A DNA stretch of 62,976 nt, counting the filler, from Octopus bimaculoides (lineage: Eukaryota), in assembly GCF_001194135.2 (NCBI RefSeq). It is 6 parts of 5 records of this genome, joined end to end, with 100 filler letters (N's around TTAATTAATTAA, not from the genome) between each part and the next. Parts side by side here need not be neighbours in the genome. Positions count along the whole stretch, not along the records: positions 1 to 29,986 come from NC_068996.1; 5 more parts are not named here. The stretch is one strand, 5' to 3'. The notes beneath the pieces are model-generated. The model did not search any database. It saw only the letters and a list, made by a program, of their open reading frames with translations, and was not told where the DNA came from. Position numbers and translations under genes: made by a program. Of the stretch, positions 12,915 to 24,000 are shown one piece after another. The first letter of the stretch is position 1. Each line of letters opens with the position of its first letter.

Positions 12915-14094
12915 GTAAGGCTAGAGATGGGAACGATGATTTCACTTCGCAAGTACTGATTGGACGGACACAGACAACATGTCGTTAGCCAGCTGGAGGG
13001 GATGTCTTCCTGGACTATAAACAACAGTAGCATCGTCCGCTATGGGTCAGCCACATTTAGGTAGCAGATATACTTCACGATATATATATAATATATATAC
13101 ACACATAAACATATATATNNNNNNNNNNNNNNNNNNNNNNNNNNNNNNNNNNNNNNNNNNNNNNNNNNNNNNNNNNNNNNNNNNNNNNNNNNNNNNNNNN
13201 NNNNNNNNNNNNNNNNNNNNNNNNNNNNNNNNNNNNNNNNNNNNNNNNNNNNNNNNNNNNNNNNNNNNNNNNNNNNNNNNNNNNNNNNNNNNNNNNNNNN
13301 NNNNNNNNNNNNNNNNNNNNNNNNNNNNNNNNNNNNNNNNNNNNNNNNNNNNNNNNNNNNNNNNNNNNNNNNNNNNNNNNNNNNNNNNNNNNNNNNNNNN
13401 NNNNNNNNNNNNNNNNNNNNNNNNNNNNNNNNNNNNNNNNNNNNNNNNNNNNNNNNNNNNNNNNNNNNNNNNNNNNNNNNNNNNNNNNNNNNNNNNNNNN
13501 NNNNNNNNNNNNNNNNNNNNNNNNNNNNNNNNNNNNNNNNNNNNNNNNNNNNNNNNNNNNNNNNNNNNNNNNNNNNNNNNNNNNNNNNNNNNNNNNNNNN
13601 NNNNNNNNNNNNNNNNNNNNNNNNNNNNNNNNNNNNNNNNNNNNNNNNNNNNNNNNNNNNNNNNNNNNNNNNNNNNNNNNNNNNNNNNNNNNNNNNNNNN
13701 NNNNNNNNNNNNNNNNNNNNNNNNNNNNNNNNNNNNNNNNNNNNNNNNNNNNNNNNNNNNNNNNNNNNNNNNNNNNNNNNNNNNNNNNNNNNNNNNNNNN
13801 NNNNNNNNNNNNNNNNNNNNNNNNAATAAAATCATTTGAATTTGTCTTACTTTGAGCGATCGAATCCTGAGAGTGAACCCAGACCGAGGGACGATATCGA
13901 CACTTCTACTTTTGGAGCGATCAAGTTGATACCTCGCATTGTGATACTCGTGTTTTGAAAGGTTTCATGAGATGAGTGATACTCGTTGATCCTCGTCGAT
14001 GCTCGTTGATACTCCTCTTTTTGGGAAGTGCTGCTGGGTAACTTACTTACTAGCACTCCGTCGACTACGACGGCGAGGGTTCCAGTTGATTCGA

Positions 14095-14225
14095 TCAATG
14101 TAACAGCCTGCTCGTGAAATTAACATGCAAGTGGCTGAGTACTCCACAGACACGCGTACCTTTAACGTGCTGTAGTTCTCAGGTTGATTCAGCCTGATAC
14201 ACCGAATGTGACAAGACTGACTCTG
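14095..14225 (-). mobile_element. SINE fragment (separate family)
   Basis: AACAGCCTGCTCGTGAAATTAACATGCAAGTGGCTGAGTACTCCACAGACACGCGTACC resembles a remembered cephalopod SINE body. There is only one copy here. Confidence 0.45.
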
Positions 14226-14333
14226 TGAATTACTGGTATTACTCACTTTTGCCGTTTGAGTGGATTAACATCAATTACCTAGCACTCCGCTGAGTAATTT
14301 ATGTTGCAAAAACTCGTTGACTCGGCTTACTAT

Positions 14334-15063
14334 CACTAGCGTAGCCAGAGTGTGTGCCGCCGGGGCGCGAAATTATTTTTCCCGCGAGAGTTCCGGACCG
14401 CCGTTATGAACTCATTTGCTTACAGCCAATCAGAGCTCAAACTATCAAACTAATTTATGAGCGCAGAACAAGTGATGGGTGATCAGATAAGGTCACTTGG
14501 TTAAGGAATGACCATGCTTCTTTTCGCTTTTAAGAACGCTTGTTATTCTTGTTCTTGTGTCAAACATGGCTGCCTCTGCGTAGTTATTTGTGTTGTTGTT
14601 TACTTTGTAAAACAGTAAGGGGAGAGGGTTGCTAGCACATCACCCTCTACCCACATCTTTCCCATCCACGTCTTTACCATATAGGACCCTAACAAAATCC
14701 GATAATAGGTATAGATGCAAATCTATCTAATAACTTGTTCTCTTCTAAAACCAAGCATAACTTGGTGATCGGTCGACTTACAACACCATCCTTAGTCTTG
14801 AGGTTACTTGGCAGACTGTGTTTGTTAACTTGACAACAAGGTCAGGGTGAGTTCTGATTGGGTGTATGTAAATGAGTTCATTACTGGGGTCCGGAACTCT
14901 CGTGGAAAAAAAATTTCGCGTCCGGGGCGGCCCGTTAGTTTGTCGCCTCGGGGCCCCCACGAAAAGTACATATTATCTACAGCAGACACAAAAGTGGTTC
15001 CACCCCTATAGAAGTGCCGCCCGGGGCGCAACGCCCCTCCGTCACACTCTAGCTACGATAGCG
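14334..15063. mobile_element. Non-autonomous hAT-like DNA transposon (730 bp)
   Basis: Imperfect 15-bp TIRs (CACTAGCGTAGCCAG / CTAGCTACGATAGCG, 12/15) and an 8-bp TSD, CTTACTAT (14326-14333) / CTTACTGT (15064-15071). It also has an internal ~83-bp inverted repeat (14356-14438 vs 14849-14931). Confidence 0.8.
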
Positions 15064-15163
15064 CTTACTGTTATATTCGTTTGTGTTGACGAATGGAAAG
15101 CAAAACAGTGACACACACATACAGACATGCACACACACACACACACATGCTCTCACACACACA

Positions 15164-15199
<36 letters not shown>

Positions 15200-15460
15200 A
15201 TCATATACATATGCATACACACATACATACACACACGCGAGTACTGGCATAAACATACATTTTAAGGACCAACGAGCAGAGCCTCTAACATGGTGGTTCG
15301 ACTTGCTGGAAATAGCACCCAAATCTCCCTCGCATCCAGATTCGACTCTCTTATATAAACGACCTATTATATAATGTAGTCCTCGGTACACTGTTCCAGG
15401 AAAGAAAAACAAAAAAAAATGCCTGGTCTTTGATTGCTGATCTTCTGTACCAATTCTGAG

Positions 15461-15619
15461 GTGGAGCAGAATTGGTACAGCAACAGCAACAACAACAGCA
15501 GCAGCGGCGGCATGTTATACACTCCATACAATATTCCCGTCCCACACGCCAAACATACACCAGCTGCATGCACGGAACCAAGTATATACACCTGGCAAGG
15601 TTTACCATTTCACATTCAG
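15461..15619 (+). CDS. Candidate phase 0-0 exon (VEQNWYSNSNNNSSSGGMLYTPYNIPVPHAKHTPAACTEPSIYTWQGLPFHIQ)
   Basis: Pyrimidine-rich tract ending CTGAG|, donor CAG|GTATTT, 159 bp open, GC-richer unique sequence. An alternative poly-Q frame is also open over most of it. Confidence 0.35.
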
Positions 15620-15910
15620 GTATTTTAATCTAATCCTGTAACGATGATGCCGATATATTCAGGGGTTGTTTTATAGAAACACTAACAAGTACATATACGT
15701 CTGTACATGCACTTAAATTTCTACGTTCTTCTGCTTTTATTGCATAGAAAGAGAGCGAAAGAGATAGAGTGAGTGAGAGTGAGAGTGAGAGTGAGAGAGA
15801 GAGGTGGGGAGGAAAGGAGGGGAGAAAAGGAAGGTGGAAAGAAAGTGCTTTCAGTGGAATTTAGAACAGGGAATATGTATGCGTGAGTGGGGTATATTAT
15901 CTTAAATATA

Positions 15911-16341
15911 CAGTAATCTCTCGCCATATCGCGGTTCACCTATCGCGGTTTATTATTTAAGCTTCCATCGATTCCTCCGTGGTGTTGTTCTGCATTTATA
16001 GATGTTTTCGATCTAGTTTGGATATTTTGCCATCAAATTTGAATTCATTGCAATCAAATTTCAATTCTTTGCCATCAAATTTTAATTTTTTGCAATCAAA
16101 TTTCAATTCTTTGCCATCAAATTTTAATTCTTTGCAATCAAATTTCAATTCTTTGCAATCAAATTTGATGGCAAACAATCCAAAATAGATCGAAAACATC
16201 TATATAATAAAATAAATATATACAAATTATAAAAATTATTTTTAAAACTACATACAGTACAATTGTGTTCCTACTTTGCTGATTTCCATCTATCACGTGG
16301 GGTTTTGGAACGTAACACCCGCGATAATCGAGGGATTACTG
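15911..16341. mobile_element. pogo/Tigger-type MITE containing a foldback minisatellite
   Basis: TIRs CAGTAATCTCTCGCCATATCGCGG / CCGCGATAATCGAGGGATTACTG, flanked by TA on both sides. Confidence 0.8.
16027..16166. repeat. 21-bp minisatellite, about 6.7 copies (TTGC[C/A]ATCAAATTT[C/T/G]AATT[C/T][T/A])
   Basis: Units start at 16027, 16048, 16069, 16090, 16111, 16132 and 16153. Confidence 0.95.
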
Positions 16342-16353
16342 TATATTATATAT

Positions 16354-16490
16354 AGGCGTGGCTCTGTGGTAAGGAGCTTGCTTCCTAACCACATGGTTCC
16401 GAGTTCAGTCCCACTGCGTGCACTTTTGACAAGTGTTTTCCGCTGTAGCCTCGGGCTGACCAAAGCCTTGTGAGTGGATATGGCAGACAG
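16354..16490 (+). mobile_element. SINE family C (tRNA-derived head GGCGTGGCT.TGTGGTAAG..GCTTGCTTCC.AACCACATGGTTCC..GTTCAGTCCC)
   Basis: A/B-box-like head. Further copies at about 45950-46105, 47467-47625 and 60450-60575. Confidence 0.85.
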
Positions 16491-16538
16491 ATGTGTGTGT
16501 GTGTGTGTGCGTGTGTGTGCGCGTGTGTGTGTGCGCGC

Positions 16539-16601
<63 letters not shown>

Positions 16602-16983
16602 NNNNNNNNNNNNNNNNNNNNNNNNNNNNNNNNNNNNNNNNNNNNNNNNNNNNNNNNNNNNNNNNNNNNNNNNNNNNNNNNNNNNNNNNNNNNNNNNNNN
16701 NNNNNNNNNNNNNNNNNNNNNNNNNNNNNNNNNNNNNNNNNNNNNNNNNNNNNNNNNNNNNNNNNNNNNNNNNNNNNNNNNNNNNNNNNNNNNNNNNNNN
16801 NNNNNNNNNNNNNNNNNNNNNNNNNNNNNNNNNNNNNNNNNNNNNNNNNNNNNNNNNNNNNNNNNNNNNNNNNNNNNNNNNNNNNNNNNNNNNNNNNNNN
16901 NNNNNNNNNNNNNNNNNNNNNNNNNNNNNNNNNNNNNNNNNNNNNNNNNNNNNNNNNNNNNNNNNNNNNNNNNNNNNNNNNNN

Positions 16984-17029
<46 letters not shown>

Positions 17030-19879
17030 CTTGGCGTTTATTTTTTTTTGTTTGTTAATTCTAAGTTTCAAAAATTCGAAACGACCGAACATATAATTCG
17101 TGTGTCACATACACTCGGAGAACACCACATCACTTTCGAAATATATTTTGAGATGAAGAGATGAAGTAGAGACAACATCCATCGCATGGTCAATAGTAGA
17201 TATGACATTAGCGTTTAGGTATATGTCGAATTACTGTAAACTCCGTCTCTCAAAGATACTTCGTATTTTGGTCGTGTGGAGATATCGGTGAGAGACATAT
17301 ATAAAGATGTTATGTCTCACACGCTTAGATGGGTCAGAAGAAAGCAGAGAGCTAATCACCGTATACTTGGTAGAACTTAAACCAGTTAACCGACATAGAT
17401 TAGCGTGGGTTTGTTGAGCTTTTAGTTTATTGCTTAACAATATCGAATAAATTACTTTGACTAAGCTGCGTCCAGGCAAATGTTTGGCTGAGAGTAGGGA
17501 AAAGTTGTTAAGTTCCAATTCAGTCCTGATTGAGCAGAACCTAAGATCAAAGACTTTGAAATCGTCACTATAGCACTTCCAATTTGATGAAATGAAAAAT
17601 GAGTTTGTTGTAGAGAGACAACACGAGTGCTACTCTTCGAGTCTCTGTGATTAGTACCTAGTGACATACATACATACATACATACACATATACATGCATA
17701 CATACATACATACATGCATGCATACATACATATATATACACACATGCATTCATACATATATGCTTACGTATATACATACAGGCTGGCAGGCAGGCAGGCA
17801 GGCAGGCAAGCAGGCAGATAGGCAGGCATGCATGCATACATACATACATACATACATACATACATACATACATACAGTCGGTTTTTGTTTGTGGTCTATA
17901 AGTAAGAATCAAAGTACCTTGTTTGTCAGATTAGAATATAAACCCAACATTAAGGATGTAAAAGAATTCTATGAACGATTAAATAAATAATTAATTAACC
18001 ACCGTCAACAAGCGGTCTACACTAAGGTTGAACAAGGTAACTGTTGTAGTTTTCGTTACATGCAATCGATTTCACTTTTATATTGTCTTTACACATCGAG
18101 CCAAATAAGGATTTTTTTTTTTTTTTTGTTAAATTTATTGACATGCTCTTCCGAATGGATTCTGGTGGCAAGAATGATATAGAAAGGTTTTGCAACTAAA
18201 ACAATACAAGCCTTCTATCAAGCATTGGTTCTCCCGAGAACTTAAGCATTGATTTAGACAATTTTTTTTTATCTCCGTTCTCACTCTAATGATTTTTACT
18301 TAACAGGATTGTACACATACCATATGAAAGAGTTTTTCCCACACATCTAAGATATCTGAAAACAAAAATGTTGACGGCGAAAATGTCCACGATAAGAATT
18401 GTTTACGGAAATAATTGCGGTAAAAAATACCTGACGCGAAAATTAACAACCGCCTCACGTTAAATAAAGGAGAAAATATCAAGCGGTTCGCCTTCCGGCT
18501 CAGCCCTGATTGTACTATAATAATATGAGAGGTAATCTTCTAATTCAGCTCGTAGTGTCGTCTGCTTAGTGTCTGTGATCGATGAGGAGATAGTTATTCC
18601 GAAATGCTTGCATCTCAGTCTAGGTAGATGGCGCTACGAGCTGATCTATGCGTATACAAACCATTGTCAGCAAGTGAGATATATTCTCCGTGACAACACG
18701 CAATAAATTGCTTGTTCCCCAGTTCGAACGTGCATCAAGCATATTCGGACTGATAAAACAATTTCAAAATAATATTATGAGGAAAATATTACTTGAATGG
18801 AAATCACTTTAATATGAAGGAGAGGCATTATCACGTTATCACGTGATCGACCAGATTATCGGATGTTATAATACATCACTGGTCACTATGCGCTGTGTAT
18901 CGTCTTAGCTTTCGAATGATACCCCCCNNNNNNNNNNNNCCCCCCCCGTTGGCTGGACGAGCAGACCAAAATCCCCCCTGATCGGAAGTCTTCTGCGTCG
19001 TAATGTTATCCATTAACATCCGAGTAGACTGAAGCAGCGTGAAAGGAAGTGTTTTACTAAAGAATACAACGCGTACGAACCTTCACGCTTTATTATTATA
19101 CTAAAAAAAATACTGCATCAGGCTTGAAGTATGATGACTGACTAATGATATAAAAGAGTGGAACAGTGCCTGTTTCATCGTTTCCGACACATTCCGTGAA
19201 CACGGTGATATTGAATGCAAGCCTCGTGTTCTCCTTTATTTGAAACCTAGCGCAGGGTTGTGAAACATAAGACTCACAGAAGGGAAACGGCCTGACAGTA
19301 TTCAGGCTCTTGGCTGAATTTATATCTTTTGTCTTTTACTTGCTTCAGTTATTAGACTGCGGCCATACTTGGGTACGTCTTTGACAAGTTTCAGTCGAAC
19401 AAATCGACCTCAGTACTTAAAAAATAATTATTGATTTTAAAATATTCTGTAAAATATACAACTAGCATGTGTTCAGAACTGAAACCCCAAAAAGAGCACA
19501 TTGGGGAATCTTGAATGAAAAGCAAGGTAAACGAAAGTTATCAATCCATATACAAGATGTGACTTATTTCACTTTCATTTTGTCTGAACATGCCAATCCA
19601 AATAGAAAGGCTTTCTTTTCTTTTCTTTTCTCTTCCATTTTTACAAATTTACGGATGGATTCTGGTGACATGAACAATATTACAAGGCCTCGCAGTTGAA
19701 AGTATGCAACCCTTTTATCAAGCATTTGGTCTTTTCAAGAAATGAATGCATTTATTTGGACAATTTCTATCTCCGTTATCATTCTTAGAACTTTTACTTA
19801 ATTGAATAGTATACATAGCATGTGATGATTTGTTTTTCACACATCTCTGCACACAAACCTTTTTAACACCTCGTATTCT

Positions 19880-20250
19880 TGATTTGTTATCTATATACTT
19901 AGACCTACATCATATATAGGATTTTTAGTGTGCATTAACCCTATCCAGCTTGCGAGATCTAGTTTATGCTTCAATGGTTCATTAAAGCCAAGCGAGTTTG
20001 ACATCCTTGATCTAACAAACCTGTAAAGCAATATAATTTTACTATAACAACCTATAATAAAATACAAACGACAACTTCCCTTTTTACTGTCCTCAATGTA
20101 CGGAAATAATGGAGTGGGAAGCCAATGCACACCACCACATCATATTTCAAAGGATCTCACTTCATCCTTCACAAAGTCTTCTGGAACAAAAACTAATGAA
20201 AAAGACGTTTATCAATTCATATACGACAAGATGTGATCTACATCGCCTTC
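19880..20250 (+). mobile_element. Very degenerate PLE thumb/linker fragment
   Basis: YIIYRIFSV.. and PIIKYKRQLP resemble the PLE thumb and the P.I.Y.R linker. Many stops. Confidence 0.35.
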
Positions 20251-20269
20251 ACTTTCTCAGTATAAAGGG

Positions 20270-20612
20270 CAAAGGCAAAGACCCCCTTCGGTTATGAATG
20301 ACCATGGGACTACACCTAATAAGTTCCCTTCCGAAACATAAGTCCGGGCAAGGTTGTTTATGGAAGACCAACAGTCGCCTATGCATACCAGCTTCCCCTC
20401 TCCTCTCCACTGATGTTATCCAAGGGAAAGATAAAGGCCGATACAGTTTGGCACCAGCGACGTTGCAACTCATTTCTACATCTGAGTTAACTGGAGCAAC
20501 ATGACATAAAGTGTCTTGCTCAAGAACACAACACATAGCCCGGTCCGGGAATCGAACTCACTACCTCATGATTGTGATCCCGACGTTCTAACTATTGAGC
20601 CATGCGCTTTAT
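20270..20612 (-). mobile_element. SINE family D (near full length, tRNA-like head at right end)
   Basis: Minus-strand head GCGCATGGCTCAATAGTTAGAACGTCGGGATCACAATCATGAGGTAGTGAGTTCGATTCCCGGACCGGG carries A and B boxes. The body shares TGAAGTGTTTTGCTCAAGAACACAAC-type segments with other copies (19030-19070, 43290-43330). Confidence 0.8.
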
Positions 20613-21894
20613 CAGTATAGCCTAGCCAAATGTAGGGACTTTTCTCTCTTTCTTTCTTTTTCTTGTTTTTTTTTTTTGCAAATTTACGTGCAGATTCGTC
20701 TGAATGGATACTCCCACCCCTCAAATTGAATGTCCAATCAGAATACCGAGCCACATTTACCGTATGGTAGATAGTAAACTAGTCTTTATAATGGTTTCGA
20801 ATTTTGGCCCAAGGCCAGTAATTTCGNNNNNNNNNNNNNNNNNNNNNNNNNNNNNNNNNNNNNNNNNNNNNNNNNNNNNNNNNNNNNNNNNNNNNNNNNN
20901 NNNNNNNNNNNNNNNNNNNNNNNNNNNNNNNNNNNNNNNNNNNNNNNNNNNNNNNNNNNNNNNNNNNNNNNNNNNNNNNNNNNNNNNNNNNNNNNNNNNN
21001 NNNNNNNNNNNNNNNNNNNNNNNNNNNNNNNNNNNNNNNNNNNNNNNNNNNNNNNNNNNNNNNNNNNNNNNNNNNNNNNNNNNNNNNNNNNNNNNNNNNN
21101 NNNNNNNNNNNNNNNNNNNNNNNNNNNNNNNNNNNNNNNNNNNNNNNNNNNNNNNNNNNNNNNNNNNNNNNNNNNNNNNNNNNNNNNNNNNNNNNNNNNN
21201 NNNNNNNNNNNNNNNNNNNNNNNNNNNNNNNNNNNNNNNNNNNNNNNNNNNNNNNNNNNNNNNNNNNNNNNNNNNNNNNNNNNNNNNNNNNNNNNNNNNN
21301 NNNNNNNNNNNNNNNNNNNNNNNNNNNNNNNNNNNNNNNNNNNNNNNNNNNNNNNNNNNNNNNNNNNNNNNNNNNNNNNNNNNNNNNNNNNNNNNNNNNN
21401 NNNNNNNNNNNNNNNNNNNNNNNNNNNNNNNNNNNNNNNNNNNNNNNNNNNNNNNNNNNNNNNNNNNNNNNNNNNNNNNNNNNNNNNNNNNNNNNNNNNN
21501 NNNNNNNNNNNNNNNNNNNNNNNNNNNNNNNNNNNNNNNNNNNNNNNNNNNNNNNNNNNNNNNNNNNNNNNNNNNNNNNNNNNNNNNNNNNNNNNNNNNN
21601 NNNNNNNNNNNNNNNNNNNNNNNNNNNNNNNNNNNNNNNNNNNNNNNNNNNNNNNNNNNNNNNNNNTCCCTCTCTCTCTCTTTTCTTCTCTCTCTCTCTT
21701 TTCTTCTCTCTCTCTCTTTTCTTCTCTCTCTCTCTTTTCTTCTCTCTCTCTCTCCATCTCTCTCCTCTCCCTCACTCTCCATTTGAATGTTTTCTTTTTC
21801 GTATAACTTTGAAAGAAATTATTGGATATTGTTGATGTCAAGAAAACACAATTTTCTAAAAATATCAAATATATGATACATATTGTCGTTTGCC

Positions 21895-21990
21895 GTAAAC
21901 AAGATGAGATAAACAGGATTTAGTAAACAACATGCCGTAAACAAGATGCGATAAACAACACACAGTAAACAAGACGCAGTAAACAAACTT
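21895..21990. repeat. 14-bp-period minisatellite, 7 units each starting RTAAACA
   Basis: GTAAACAA/ATAAACA start exactly at 21895, 21909, 21923, 21937, 21951, 21965 and 21979. Confidence 0.9.
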
Positions 21991-22331
21991 CAGTTTTTTT
22001 TCTTATTATTATTACCCCAAACTGAGAAAACAATTAATTAGACTGGGTTAAGTTGTTATACTATATAGAAACACTAACCCGATTGACCCTGTTTAACACT
22101 ATTAAACAGGGTCAATCAGGTTCTAGGGCATCTTTTTGTAGTTTTTATTCACATTTTCGCAAGCAGTCAGACGATGAGTCTGGTTTGAGGATATCGTGAG
22201 ATACGGCTTCCAACTGTGGTAACCACGTAAGATATGACCATCCACTCTTCCATCTTCACATCTGTCTCGAAAGCCACGCAATAATAATGATAATAATAAT
22301 AATAATTATAATAATAATAATAATAATAATA

Positions 22332-23389
22332 GCAAAAGAGAAAGACAGAGAAAAATCCCAGCAATGGTTGAGAAGCACAGGACTTAAAGCAGAGACTGAA
22401 GGATTTTTAATTGCTGCACAAGACCAAAGCCTCCCCACTAGAAATTACCAAAAACACATAATGAAAAGAAACATATCAAGTAACCGTAGAATATGTGGAG
22501 ATGGACAAGAAACAATAAATCACATTATCTCTGGCTGCCCAGTCCTGGCTAAGAAGGAATATATTCACAGACACGACAGAGCTGGGACCTATATACACTG
22601 GACGCTATGCCAACACTATGGAATAACAACAGAAAAAAGATGGTATAAACACACGCCAGAAAAGGTCACAGAAAACGAGAAAGCAACCATACTCTGGGAT
22701 ATTCCAATACACACAGATAGAGAAATTAAGGCAAATAGACCAGATATAGTTGTCAAAGATCATGAAGAAAAAAATGCTTTCTAATTGATGTATCAATACC
22801 AGCAGATGACAACGTTTCCCTTAAAAAAATGGAAAAACTTTNNNNNNNNNNNNNNNNNNNNNNNNNNNNNNNNNNNNNNNNNNNNNNNNNNNNNNNNNNN
22901 NNNNNNNNNNNNNNNNNNNNNNNNNNNNNNNNNNNNNNNNNNNNNNNNNNNNNNNNNNNNNNNNNNNNNNNNNNNNNNNNNNNNNNNNNNNNNNNNNNNN
23001 NNNNNNNNNNNNNNNNNNNNNNNNNNNNNNNNNNNNNNNNNNNNNNNNNNNNNNNNNNNNNNNNNNNNNNNNNNNNNNNNNNNNNNNNNNNNNNNNNNNN
23101 NNNNNNNNNNNNNNNNNNNNNNNNNNNNNNNNNNNNNNNNNNNNNNNNNNNNNNNNNNAGGTATAATAAAAAAAATATTCAGACAAATACATAACAAAAA
23201 CACCAGGACTTACAAATATATGTAACCTACAGAAAATTGCACTACTGGGCACTGCACACATCCTACGCAAAACACTTTCAATACAGTAACCATAGGAGCA
23301 TCACAGCAAACCACAGCACATACCCAAGGCACACAGAGCTGCGTTCGGTAGTGAAGTGAAAGCACGTTATAAAAATAAAACTACTGAAC

Positions 23390-23390
<1 letters not shown>
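22332..23390 (+). mobile_element. 5'-truncated R4/Dong-like non-LTR retrotransposon (CCHC + restriction-like endonuclease + 3'UTR)
   Basis: WLRSTGLKAETEGFLIAAQDQSLPTRNY, ICGDGQETINHIISGC, RHD, NRPDIVV and LQKIALLGTAHILRKTLSIQ* (stop 23287-23289). It starts after and ends in (TAA)n, with an internal N gap. Confidence 0.9.
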
Positions 23391-23452
<62 letters not shown>

Positions 23453-23559
23453 TTAGCCAAAACTCATGTCGGATAAGAGGTAATATTAACAATGACAAAT
23501 AGTAAAAAAATGAAAATATTAATATCAGTGATGATAATAATAATAATGAAAGGAAGCGG

Positions 23560-24000
23560 CTGGAATCACTCCATATCCTGATTGTTGATACATCTAGTGA
23601 TGGTATCACAATAAAACCACTGGTAATTGCGCAACCTGATAATCGCTACCTCATATGAGTGACAATGAAAAAACAAAATATCGTGAATAACGGTGGTAAT
23701 GAAACTGAAGCACTTGATGGTGATAGCGTTGCACCCGGCTGGTTCAGAGATATTGGTCCGACTCCTTCCTGTCGTTATGCAGTAAGGGACCAGCACACAC
23801 GGCGTAGATGGAACGAACAAGTCAATGCTGTGGTTATGGAGTGTTACTACCTGAGCAAACCTGTAGACGAAAATGGTGTTCATATTAAGGAATACCGACA
23901 ACGTATGTATGATCAATGGAGAGAAAGAGGATTGTTTTAACTCACGGAACAGAGATTATGTGATCAAGCTAGAGCAATAAGAAAGAATCCTTGGTTCACG
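23560..24000 (+). mobile_element. N-terminal fragment of an R4-clade non-LTR ORF
   Basis: RRRWNEQVNAVVMECYYLSKP...YRQRMYDQWRERGLF*LTEQRLCDQARAIRKN matches the N-terminal domain pattern of R4/Dong-type ORFs. Confidence 0.75.

Noticed and set aside
15367-15600. Minus-strand hydrophobic ORF (YILGSVHAAGVCLACGTGILYGVYNMPPLLLL) as a membrane-protein exon
   Set aside because: The Leu run is the antisense of a CAG/CAA repeat, there is no good donor, and plus-strand splice signals are better.
15979-16199. 7-aa repeat ORFs on both strands as real repeat proteins
   Set aside because: They are a by-product of a 21-bp minisatellite inside a MITE, with no splice or start context.
17040-17640. Complex-looking sequence as a possible Tc1/mariner transposase remnant
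   Set aside because: No convincing catalytic motif or TIR could be read in any frame.
18622-18636. CTCF-like motif AGGTAGATGGCGCTA
   Set aside because: A single partial match. Such motifs occur by chance and within transposons.
20096-20236. Protein-like ORF MYGNNGVGSQCTPPHHISKDL...
   Set aside because: It sits within a decayed PLE thumb/linker fragment and is better explained as retroelement residue.
20540-20612. tRNA-like A/B boxes here and at other SINE heads as tRNA genes
   Set aside because: They are followed by SINE bodies and lack complete cloverleaf pairing.
21895-21990. Regular repeats as a CRISPR-like array
   Set aside because: The period is only 14 bp, there are no unique spacers or cas genes, and the context is eukaryotic.
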